Shown in pieces: positions 9,326-17,885 of a stretch of DNA of 64,000 bases; within the stretch, counting starts at the first letter, position 1; each line of letters begins with the position of its first letter. Under the pieces are notes generated by a model. The model was given only the letters and a program-made list of their open reading frames with translations. It made no database searches and had not been told where the DNA came from. The DNA lies in assembly GCA_965248445.1 (NCBI GenBank), contig CBDFJG010000003.1, positions 1,184,001-1,248,000 of the forward strand, given 5' to 3'. The translations under genes and the position numbers were made by a program. The DNA is from Planctomycetota bacterium. GTDB lineage: Bacteria; Planctomycetota; JAJSAM01; JAJVHW01.

Positions 9326-9549
9326 CCCGCGCGGAGTTTGTCGGCATCGAGCGCCAGATCCACGTCGATGCTGCCCACGTGCGGCTCCTCGGCGTCGGGC
9401 AGCAGCAGATCCGGCACCCAGCCACCGACCACCACGATGCTGTCGGTGAAGAAGGATCCGAGCACCTGGCCGAGATCGACCAGCACGCGGTGCGCCGCCT
9501 CGATCTGACGGTCGGAGTAGTCGTGCTGCGTGCGGGGCTCGGGCATCAT
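9326..9549 (-). pseudogene. Truncated AbiEii-like nucleotidyltransferase toxin
   Basis: ATGA overlap with the AbiEi stop; VVVGGWVP....HVGSIDVDLAL pol-beta NTase motif; ends after about 75 codons. Confidence 0.75.
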
Positions 9550-10694
9550 GCGGAACCGACCGCCTTCCACGCCCGTAGCAGGCGCTGCTCCAGAACCGCC
9601 TGCGCGGCTTCCTCGCCGCGCCCGCCGCAGTGGAGCAGGTCCACGTAGGTCTGCACGGGATCGGTGCAGCCGAGCGTCCGGTCGCCGACGTGGCCGTCCG
9701 CGTCGAACGAGAGGAACACGCCGGAGTCCTCGGGAACCAGCACGACGAGGTTCTCGCCGGAGTCGACCACCTTGGCCTGCGCATGCCGCTCCAGCGCACC
9801 CAGGTACTCGGACGCGACGTAGAGCCAGGTCTTGGGCTGGCGAACCTGGGGCGCCTGACGCTCGGCCGCAGAGAACGCCGCGAACACAGCCATCCCGCCG
9901 GCATCGAGGCCCGTGCGGTAGAGGGCTTCGTCGAGCTGAGATCGCTTGAGCAGCGTGAAGTAGGACCGGCGCTCGTGCTGGTCGAACCGGTACTCCTCGC
10001 TCCAGGCCCGGAGCAGCCCGGTGGCGTCACTGACGCGGACGCCGCTGACCTCGGCTTCGCTCACATAGCCCTCGTCCCGCAGGTGGCGGACGACCTTGTT
10101 CACGAGCCCAAGGCTGACGGGCCGATCACGCGAGACCTGCCAGCAGGTGCTGTCGCGCAGGTCGCGCTGGGTCCACGTGCGTCCGGCGTGGCCGGGACTG
10201 AGCAGGACGCGCAGAACACGCGCCGTCGCCGCGGTGCCGAGGTTCGCGCCGCGCTTGCGGGGTCGCCGGACGGGCTCGTTGCCACGGCGCTCGATGCGGA
10301 TCTGGCCCGGCACGTCAATCCAGCAGTTCCCGGCGAGGTCGAGCCAACTCCACCGCGCGCGGCGGCAGAGCTCGGCCATGCGCGGCGAGACGTGGGGCAG
10401 GGCGAGGAGCGGGACGGCATGGTGCGCCCACGCAGAGGACGAGCGCGCGGCCGACCACGAGAAGAAGGTGCTCGGGCGCATCTCGCTCTTGACCCAGACG
10501 TGGAGCGCCGCGCGGCTACCGGACTCCGAGGCGAGTTGGATCGTCGCGTCCGGCCCCTGGTCGTGCGGGCTCCCCGGGCTCGGGGTCTCCGTCAGCCACC
10601 CGATCTCGCCGAGGAGGGCCTGGAGACGGTCGAGCAGGGCCCGCTCCAGGGCGGGACCGCTACGGGGGGCGTTCACGGATTGCTGTCTGTTCAC
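9546..10694 (-). CDS. Type IV TA antitoxin, AbiEi family
   Basis: WLDLAGNC, wHTH WTQRDL..VSLGLVNKV, LLRAW and DPVQTYVDLL..GGRGEEAA C-terminal motif. Confidence 0.8.
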   Translation of the reverse strand: MNRQQSVNAPRSGPALERALLDRLQALLGEIGWLTETPSPGSPHDQGPDATIQLASESGSRAALHVWVKSEMRPSTFFSWSAARSSSAWAHHAVPLLALPHVSPRMAELCRRARWSWLDLAGNCWIDVPGQIRIERRGNEPVRRPRKRGANLGTAATARVLRVLLSPGHAGRTWTQRDLRDSTCWQVSRDRPVSLGLVNKVVRHLRDEGYVSEAEVSGVRVSDATGLLRAWSEEYRFDQHERRSYFTLLKRSQLDEALYRTGLDAGGMAVFAAFSAAERQAPQVRQPKTWLYVASEYLGALERHAQAKVVDSGENLVVLVPEDSGVFLSFDADGHVGDRTLGCTDPVQTYVDLLHCGGRGEEAAQAVLEQRLLRAWKAVGSA

Positions 10695-10726
10695 GATGCC
10701 GTGAACATACCACTATCCGTGAACGC
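10669..10726. promoter_or_regulatory. Nested inverted repeats over the AbiEi start, candidate autoregulatory operator
   Basis: GCGTTCACGGAT (10669-80) / ATCCGTGAACGC (10715-26) enclose TGTTCACG-atgc-CGTGAACA (10688-10707). Confidence 0.6.
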
Positions 10727-10784
10727 GGCAAGCCGGAACTTGCTCCAGGAGGCTCGGCGAGCCTGACAGGCGACAGGCGCGCCG

Positions 10785-11197
10785 TCAGCCGACCACCCGA
10801 ACCCCACGGTACGCGTACGGTGAGGCCGGCCGATCCGGTAGCACCACGAGCCGGGAGAGCGCCATGACGGCCGCCACCACCCCGTCGATCCGGCGCGTCC
10901 CCTGCGCGGCGCCGCCGGGCTTGACCGGCTTGATGTTCCCGGCCGGGTCCGACGCCACCTCGCCGTTGGCCACGCACCAGCGCATGACCGGGTTGCCGTC
11001 GTGGCACAGGCGACCCGAGCGCACGAGCGTCTCGAAGAGCTTCGAGGGTCCTGAGAGCGAGGCGTAGCCCTGGCGGACCTCGACCATCTCGACGCCTGCT
11101 GCGACGAGCGAGCTGGCGAGGTGGGTCGCGTTCCAGGGGTCGTAGCCGATCTCGGCAAGGCCAGCAAACCGCGGGCGGATCTCCTCCATGATGACGC
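10785..11197 (-). pseudogene. C-terminal nuclease fragment of a second, unrelated phage terminase large subunit, fused in frame to IS3 OrfB
   Basis: EIGYDPWNA, VEVRQGY.SLS.PSK.FE, H.GNPVMRWC..N, D.AGNIKP.K and RIDGVVAAVMA, typical of Terminase_1. Confidence 0.85.
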
Positions 11198-12671
11198 GGT
11201 GGGCCGCGTCGAGGACGACCGATCGGGCGGCGAGGGCAGCCTCGGCGCGGCCGTAGTGGACGGTCTCGGGCGTGAGCAGTCCGAGACCCAAGTGGCGATG
11301 CTCGCGGTTGTACCAGTCGAAGAAGGCGCGGCAGTGGGCGCGCGCATCCTGGATCGAGCCGAAGCGCGCGGGGAAGTCCGGCCGGTACTTCATGGTGCGG
11401 AACTGGCTCTCGCTGAAGGCGTTGTCGTTGGACGTGTGCGGCCGGCTGTGGGACTTGGTGACCCCGAGGTCCGCGAGCTTGAGCGCCAGCGTCTTGGAGA
11501 TCATCGGCGGCCCGCGATCGGCGTGCAGCGTCAGCTCACCGGCGCGGGTCCCCTGCTTGTCGCACGCGTGCGCGACGAGTTCCTTGGCCAGCGTGCCGCT
11601 CTCGCACGCAGCCAGCGTCCAGCCGACGACGCAGCGAGAGTAGATGTCGATCACGACGTAGAGGTAGTCGTACGTCCACTTCACCGGGCCCTTGAGCTTG
11701 GTGATGTCCCAGCTCCACACCTGGTTGGGCGCCGTCGCCAGCAGCTCGGGCTTGCTGTACGCCGGATGACGCAGTTGGTTGCGGCGCTCACGCACGGCGC
11801 CGGCGGCCGCGAGGATGCGATACATCGTGCGCGCCGAGCACAGGTAGCGCCCCTCGTCGAGCAGCGTGGCCCAGATCGTCCGCGGCGCGTGGTCCACGAA
11901 GCGCTCCTCGTTCAGGACGGCGAGCACCGCCAGGCGTTCTTGGGTCGAGAGCGCCCGCGGCGACGGCGGGCGCGGCTGCTGGGGCCGGGGGCACGCCCGT
12001 GCCGTCCGGCGCCGGTAGAGCGTGGCACGCGCCACGCCGAGCGCGCGGCAGGCCGGGGCGACGCCGACGCGTCCTCCCAGGTCCTCCGCCGCGCTCACGT
12101 GTCGCTCCCGCTCGTCTCGGGCATCTCGATGCCCAGCAGCCGTGAGACTTTTTTCTGCACGGCGAGGATCGTCTCAGCGGTCTCAAGCCGCTGGCGCAGC
12201 CGGACGTTCTCGCGCTCGAGCTGCGTCAGGCGCCGCTTGAGGGCGCGGGCCGGGTCGGGCCTGGGGCCGCGACGCTTGGGCGCGAGCGCGTCGAGTTGGC
12301 CCTGGTCGCGCGCACGCCGCCAGGCCACCAGGTGCGAAGAGTAGAGCCCCTCGCGGCGCAGCAGCGCCCCCACCTCACCGGGCTTCGTGCAGCTGTCGGC
12401 CTCGCCCAGGATGCGCAGCTTGTACGCCGCGCTGAAGCGCCTCCTGGTGGCGCGCGGCACGACCTCCGGGTCGGGGACGCCCCCCTCCTCGCCGTCGCGC
12501 GCGCCGGGGGAGCCCCCTGCGCCTCGTGAGGGCTCGCTCCGCTCGCCCTCCCTCGGCTCCGGGATCTCCACCGGCCCTGTGTTCCTCTTCTTCGTCATCG
12601 CTCAATCCTCCATCGCCCTGCACAGTAATCATCCGGGGGGCGGTGTCTCAGCGATGTTGGCACAGAGGGCA
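11198..12671 (-). mobile_element. Third IS3-family element with its right end deleted (OrfB at about 11198-12098)
   Basis: Left end TGCCCTCTGTGCCAACATCGCTGAGACA at 12671; OrfB motifs WSWDITKL, LHADRG and SNDNAFSESQFRTMKY; AAAAAAG slippery site near 12148-12154. Confidence 0.85.
12095..12598 (-). CDS. IS3-family transposase OrfA
   Basis: PDPEVVPRATRRRFSAAYKLRIL..AD.C..PGEVGALLRREGLYSSHL..WR. Confidence 0.88.
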   Translation of the reverse strand: MTKKRNTGPVEIPEPREGERSEPSRGAGGSPGARDGEEGGVPDPEVVPRATRRRFSAAYKLRILGEADSCTKPGEVGALLRREGLYSSHLVAWRRARDQGQLDALAPKRRGPRPDPARALKRRLTQLERENVRLRQRLETAETILAVQKKVSRLLGIEMPETSGSDT

Positions 12672-14063
12672 TCGGCTGCGAGCTGTGAGTCAAACCCAGA
12701 CCACAGGAGGCAGACCGATGACGCAGGAGATCGTGCGCGACGAGGGGACACTTGCCAAGGTGCTGGGGGGCCCGGAGGGGGACTTCTTGCGGGAGGCGCT
12801 CACGCGCTTCGTCCACGAGCTGATGGAGGCCGAGGCGACAGCCCGAGCCGGAGCGGAGCCGTACGAGCGCAGCGAGCTCAGGCGCGCGTACCGCAACGGA
12901 CACCGGGGACGGCAGTGGCTCACGCGGCTCGGTGAGATCGCGCTGCAGGTCCCCCGGCTGCGTGACGCCAGCTACTTCCCGAGCTTCCTCGAGGCGCGCA
13001 AGCGCGGCGAGCGGGCGCTGGTGTCGGTGGTCCAGGAGGCCTACGTGCTGGGGCTCAGCACGCGCAAGGTGGACGAGCTCGTCGAGGTGATGGGCGGCAC
13101 CGGCGTGTCCAAGAGCACCGTGAGCCGGCTCTGCAAGGAGCTCGACCAGGAGGCGGCCGCCTTCCGCGAGCGCCCGCTTGAGGGCGCGGTGCCCTACCTG
13201 TGGCTCGACGCCGTGTACGAGAAGGTCAGGGAAGGCGGCCACGTGATCTCGATGGCGGTCGTGCTGGCGATCGGCGTCGCCCAGGACGGCACGCGCAGCG
13301 TGATCGGCGTGGACGTGGGCCACACCGAGGACGAGGCCTTCTGGACGAGCTTCTTGCGCTCGCTGGTGCAGCGCGGCCTGGAAGGCGTGCAACTCGTCGT
13401 CAGTGACGCGCACGGAGGGCTGCGCAACGCGATCGGCAAGGTCCTCGTGGGCGCGACCTGGCAGCGCTGCCGCGTGCACACGATGCGCAACGTCCTGACC
13501 CACGTGCCCAAGCAGCAGCAGGCCATGGTGATGGCGGCCGTGAAGACGATCTTCGCCCAGCCGAGCCAGGAGCAGGCGCTCGCTCAGCTCGCGCAGATCG
13601 TCGAGACGCTCCGGAAGAAGTGCCCGAAGGCCGCCGACGTCCTCGAAGACGCGGCCGAGGACGTCTTGGCCTACATGGCCTTCCCGTCCGAGCACTGGCG
13701 CCAGATCCACTCGACCAACCCGCTCGAGCGCCAGAACAAGGAGATCCGGCGCCGGACCCGCGTCGTGGGCATCTTCCCCAACCGAGCGTCGCTGCTCCGA
13801 CTCGTCACGATGCTGATGGCCGAGCAGCACGACGAGTGGCAGGCCGCCGAGCGGGCCTACATGAGCAAGACCTCGATGGCCAAGGTAGTGGAGTCGCTCA
13901 CGCCGCCGCCGAGCTTGATGAAGGAGGTGGCCACCGGGGGACCGCGACCGCGTGGGGAGTCGGCTCCGGTCGGCCCTCCGGGCCTCCCTCCGCCGACTCC
14001 CCACGCACGATCACGAACCAACGACTCGCAGATCGAATCTCCACACTTGACGGGACACCAACC
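12672..14063 (+). mobile_element. IS256-family element, left end apparently removed by the adjacent IS3
   Basis: Mutator-type transposase from ATG 12718; right-end-like CTCCACACTTGACGGGACACCAACC ending near 14063; no matching left IR found. Confidence 0.8.
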
Positions 14064-15864
14064 GCCGGCCGGCGGAGAGACTCTGTGCACCGCGTGCGCA
14101 CCGCCGTCCGCAACGACCGACGCGGCGACGATGTCCCCCATCCGCCGCCAGGTCTTCATGGCGAAGTACACGGAGCTGCGCCAGAAGAGCGATGGAGATC
14201 CACGCAACGTGGAGCTGCGGCTCGACGCAGCGCGCGTTGCCGAGACTCTCGGCCTGACCCTGGAGGCGGTGGAACACCTTCGCGCCGCCATCGAGGAACA
14301 ACCGAATCACCTCGAGGCCGCCGCTCGCTACAAGGCGCTGCGCCGTCAGCTCGAGGCCGCGGAGATGCGCGACGCAGGCGAGTACGCACCGCCGCCGCGG
14401 CGCCCGCACCGCAACGATCCTCCGTTCTGGAACGACCTCGGCAGCGTGCTCGCGTATCCGCTGCGCGGCCGCGGGAAGATGGTCCTCGGTGCAGGCGCGA
14501 TCTTCTTCGGCCTCGCCGAACTCACGTCCTCGCTCAGCATCATCGGCGGCATCGTGATGCTGTTCATCTGGGGCTACGTCGTCGCATACCTGTTCGACGT
14601 CATCGGGTCGACGGGCGCGGGCAAGGACCAGCCACCGGAGCTCCCGGAGGTCGCGAGCTTCCTCGACAACATGCTGTTCCCGGGGCTGCAGTACGGCCTG
14701 ATGTCGGCGTTCGCGTTCCTGCCGTGCATCGTCGTCGTCGCACTCGGTGCGACCCTCGGGATCGGCGCGCTTCCGACGATGCTGATCGGTCTTCTCACGT
14801 TCGCGGGCGGCTGCGTCGCGTTTCCCATGTGCCTCATGGTCCGTGGGCTGATGCAGGACTGGCGGCCCGCGATCAACCCGGCAATCGTGTTCGGCGCGAT
14901 CGCCCGTGTGCTGCCGGACTACCTCGCCGCGTTCGTGGCGCTGGCCGTGATGTGGTCGGCCTACGTGCTGCTTCTCGCCGTCGCGATGGTCGTGGTCACG
15001 CTGGTGTTCGGCCCACCCACCGCCGACGCGGTCCTGACGATGGTGCCCATGCGGATACTCGGCTGGATCGTCATGACGTTCATCAGCTGGCCGATGCTGC
15101 TGTACTGCATCACGCTCGAGGGGCACATCCTCGGCCGGGTCTACCGCCAGGGCGCTACCCGTCTTGGGTGGTTCGTGCAGCGCGAGGGCAACTCGCGACC
15201 CGTCCCGAAGCCCGGCGCGATGCTCTGGATCGCGGCTCTCGGTGCGTGCCTCCTGTTCGGCGCCGTGGGCTTCGGAGCGATGACGCTGTACGAGCAGACC
15301 TCGGGACGCGGGTCGTTCTCGGCCCCGCGCTTTCCCGCGCCGCAAGGCGGCAAGCTGACCTACTACTGGGAGAGCACAGACGGTCCCGCTGGGCTCGTCA
15401 CGTACGAGTTCGAGCCCCAGGCCGACGGCACGGTCAAGGTCATCATCGAGACGCGCCGCCCGGAGGAGCCGCCCGAAGAGGCGTACCGCTCGCAGGTGGG
15501 CACCTTGAACACGACGACGGCGAAGTGGATCTCCGCCGAACCGGTGTTCGTCGGCGACGAGAGGCTCCCGATCGCTGCGGACATGGACGTGATGTTCTAC
15601 GGACCCCTCAAGGGCACCGTGGACAGCCCGTACGTCGCGGGCTGGAGCGTAAAGGAACGCATGACCTGGCAGGACCAGTGGGACGTGTACCGCGTCGTCG
15701 ACGACATGTCGGGCGACGTGTTCTACGACGCGCGCACCGGGATCCTCGTCGGCCGCCGCTGGAACGGCGTCGGCGTGCAGGTGCAGGAGTGGCTGGTTGA
15801 CTACGAGGGCATCCAGGGCCTCGGCGGATGCCCCGTGCCGAACCGCAACTTCCCGGATCGGTGA
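12718..15864 (+). CDS. IS256 transposase reading through in frame into a host membrane protein
   Basis: YRNGHR, YLWLDA, VSDAHGGL, WQRCRVH and HSTNPLERQNKEIRRR; no stop codon before 15864. Confidence 0.8.
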   Translation: MTQEIVRDEGTLAKVLGGPEGDFLREALTRFVHELMEAEATARAGAEPYERSELRRAYRNGHRGRQWLTRLGEIALQVPRLRDASYFPSFLEARKRGERALVSVVQEAYVLGLSTRKVDELVEVMGGTGVSKSTVSRLCKELDQEAAAFRERPLEGAVPYLWLDAVYEKVREGGHVISMAVVLAIGVAQDGTRSVIGVDVGHTEDEAFWTSFLRSLVQRGLEGVQLVVSDAHGGLRNAIGKVLVGATWQRCRVHTMRNVLTHVPKQQQAMVMAAVKTIFAQPSQEQALAQLAQIVETLRKKCPKAADVLEDAAEDVLAYMAFPSEHWRQIHSTNPLERQNKEIRRRTRVVGIFPNRASLLRLVTMLMAEQHDEWQAAERAYMSKTSMAKVVESLTPPPSLMKEVATGGPRPRGESAPVGPPGLPPPTPHARSRTNDSQIESPHLTGHQPPAGGETLCTACAPPSATTDAATMSPIRRQVFMAKYTELRQKSDGDPRNVELRLDAARVAETLGLTLEAVEHLRAAIEEQPNHLEAAARYKALRRQLEAAEMRDAGEYAPPPRRPHRNDPPFWNDLGSVLAYPLRGRGKMVLGAGAIFFGLAELTSSLSIIGGIVMLFIWGYVVAYLFDVIGSTGAGKDQPPELPEVASFLDNMLFPGLQYGLMSAFAFLPCIVVVALGATLGIGALPTMLIGLLTFAGGCVAFPMCLMVRGLMQDWRPAINPAIVFGAIARVLPDYLAAFVALAVMWSAYVLLLAVAMVVVTLVFGPPTADAVLTMVPMRILGWIVMTFISWPMLLYCITLEGHILGRVYRQGATRLGWFVQREGNSRPVPKPGAMLWIAALGACLLFGAVGFGAMTLYEQTSGRGSFSAPRFPAPQGGKLTYYWESTDGPAGLVTYEFEPQADGTVKVIIETRRPEEPPEEAYRSQVGTLNTTTAKWISAEPVFVGDERLPIAADMDVMFYGPLKGTVDSPYVAGWSVKERMTWQDQWDVYRVVDDMSGDVFYDARTGILVGRRWNGVGVQVQEWLVDYEGIQGLGGCPVPNRNFPDR
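13950..14006. repeat. Long GC-rich hairpin in the IS256 3' region
   Basis: GCGTGGGGAGTCGGC ... GCCGACTCCCCACGC perfect 15-bp inverted repeat. Confidence 0.75.
14064..15864 (+). pseudogene. 5'-truncated multi-pass membrane protein (TPR-like segment, DUF4013-like TM domain, soluble C-terminal domain)
   Basis: Residual CxxC, helical repeat, multiple TM segments with YPLRG..GY..Y...I..T..G....PELPE; could restart at ATG 14131. Confidence 0.6.
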
Positions 15865-15893
15865 GCTAGCGCGCCGTCGGCTACATTCCGCGC

Positions 15894-16418
15894 ATGCCTT
15901 GCATGCACCGCATCCGGAACGCCTGGATCATGGACAACGCCCGCGTGCTGGGGGACGTCACGCTCGGTGACGACGTCAGCATCTGGTGCGGCGTCGCCAT
16001 CCGCGGCGACGTGGCGCCCGTCACGATCGGTGCCCGCACCAACGTGCAGGACAACGTCGTCGTGCACTGCGACTCGGGCGACGAGAACGTGATCGGCAGC
16101 GACGTGACGATCGGCCACGCCGCGCTCGTGCACGGCATCCGCGTCGGCAGCGGATCGCTGATCGGGATCGGAGCCCGTCTCCTGGCAGGGACCGTGATCG
16201 GTCAGGGCTGCCTCGTCGCCGCCGGAACGGTGGTGCCGCCGAGGCTGTACGTCCCCGACGGAATGGTCGTGATGGGAGTCCCGGGACGCGTGGTGCGCCC
16301 GGTCAGCGACGAGGAACGCGCTCACTTCCTCTACGCGGTGCAGAGCTACCTCGACCTCGCGCGACGGCACACCGAACGGCCCGACGATCCGAGCGTTCGA
16401 CAGTACGGAGCCGATTGA
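15894..16418 (+). CDS. Gamma-carbonic anhydrase family hexapeptide-repeat protein
   Basis: GDVTLG..VSIW...IRGD...TNVQDNVVVH..IGH.A.VHG; start could be 15903. Confidence 0.9.
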   Translation: MPCMHRIRNAWIMDNARVLGDVTLGDDVSIWCGVAIRGDVAPVTIGARTNVQDNVVVHCDSGDENVIGSDVTIGHAALVHGIRVGSGSLIGIGARLLAGTVIGQGCLVAAGTVVPPRLYVPDGMVVMGVPGRVVRPVSDEERAHFLYAVQSYLDLARRHTERPDDPSVRQYGAD

Positions 16419-16424
16419 CCGGTA

Positions 16425-16450
16425 GCCGGCAGGACTCTCGCCCTGCCGGC
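16425..16450. terminator. Hairpin after the gamma-CA gene, possible terminator
   Basis: GCCGGCAGG-actctcgc-CCTGCCGGC; no U-tract. Confidence 0.45.
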
Positions 16451-16649
16451 CGGATTGCGAAGGGAGACGCTTCCACGCGCTGTACGGATCGAGCGGACCA
16501 GGGTTTGTGGTCCACGCGCAGTCCTGACTCTCCAACGCCGCGCGATCCCCTCATCGAGAGCTACTGGCCCCTCATTGATCGCTGCGGGCGTCCCCTCCCG
16601 GAGACGTCTTCGATGCAGCCTGGAACGCGAATGCGCAGAAGCGGGTTCC

Positions 16650-17642
16650 CTAGGCGTCGCGGGATTTCAGCGGCGCCCCGAACACGTACGCGCGGTGAGG
16701 CGTCGTGCCCCGGAAGTCCTCTGGGATGGTCTGCGCTGTGATCTCGCGCATCGGCAGATCGGGCAATCCGCTCTCTGCGAGCTGGAAACCGCGGGCGTTG
16801 TTGCTGAACAGCAGCGTGCCGCCGGGCGCCAGGACGGCCGCGCAGGCGGCGAGCAGCGCTGGGTGGTCGCGGGCGACGGCGAACGTCGCCGCCATGGACT
16901 TCGACGCGGAGAAGGTGGGCGGATCGCAGACGATGAGGTCGAAGCTCTCCCCGCGCTCACGCGCGCCGGACAGGAACGCAAACGCCTCGCTCGCCACGAC
17001 GCGGTAGCGGTCCGGGTCGAGGAACCCGTTCCTCTCGAGGTTGCGGTCGGCCCACTCGCTGTACGTGTTGCTCATGTCCACGGATACGACCCGCTGCGCT
17101 CCGCCCGCCGCCGCGTGACAGGAGAACGTGCCCGTGTATGCAAACAGATTGAGCACGGTGCGCCCCTCGGACGCGCGCTGCACGAGCTGCCGCGTCGTCC
17201 GGTGATGCAGGAACAGACCTGTGTCCAGATAGTCCGAGAGGTTGACCTCGAACGAGAGATCCCCCTCGCGAACCTCCCGGACGTGCCGGCGTCCGCCGAG
17301 CCGCATGTACTGGCCCGCGCCGGGAACATCGCGTTGACGTCCCTTCTGCCGGCGCCGCCGCTTCACGAAGACATGCTCGTCGTCCAGTTCGAGCGCGTCG
17401 CGGACCGCGGAGACTGCGGACGTCAGCCAGGCCAGGTCCGCCGCCTGATCGTCGTCGCGCTTGCGATCGTAGGCCCACACCACCGCGTCCCCGTCGTACC
17501 ACTCGACAACGAGCGGCTGATCCGGCAAGTCGCGATCGTAGATGCGGAAACAGGGGATGCCCTGGCGTCGCGCCCACTTCGCCACGTGCTTGCGGCGCTT
17601 GCGCACACGGTTGGCAAGCATCTCGAAAGGGGAGCCGGACAT
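16650..17642 (-). CDS. RlmK-like class I SAM rRNA methyltransferase (C-terminal half of RlmKL)
   Basis: NRVRK..K....W, CFRIYDRDLP, VNLSDYLDTGLFL, LNLFAYTG, VDMSNTYSEWA and DPPTFS. Confidence 0.85.
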   Translation of the reverse strand: MSGSPFEMLANRVRKRRKHVAKWARRQGIPCFRIYDRDLPDQPLVVEWYDGDAVVWAYDRKRDDDQAADLAWLTSAVSAVRDALELDDEHVFVKRRRRQKGRQRDVPGAGQYMRLGGRRHVREVREGDLSFEVNLSDYLDTGLFLHHRTTRQLVQRASEGRTVLNLFAYTGTFSCHAAAGGAQRVVSVDMSNTYSEWADRNLERNGFLDPDRYRVVASEAFAFLSGARERGESFDLIVCDPPTFSASKSMAATFAVARDHPALLAACAAVLAPGGTLLFSNNARGFQLAESGLPDLPMREITAQTIPEDFRGTTPHRAYVFGAPLKSRDA

Positions 17643-17885
17643 GGCGACAGGGTGCCGCGCCGACGCAGGCAGACGGCCAAAAGACGCGGCCCGAAAGAGG
17701 ACGCGGGCGGGGCAGCACCCGCCTCGACAGCGAGCTCTCTGCCGAGATGCGAATCGCGAGGGCGCGACGGTTGCGTAGCAAGCGGCGTGACCGCAGCCCT
17801 CCGTAGCGGTCAGAGACCGCGTAGGAGGGAGACGTCGTCGTGGGCGCGTGGCGGGAGGATCGCCTCGCGATCCTCATGACACGCG

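Noticed and set aside
8494..9570. 358-aa ORF as a full-length AbiEii toxin
   Set aside because: Only the first 75 or so codons are NTase-like; the rest is off-frame read-through of the tail fragment and DUF2924.
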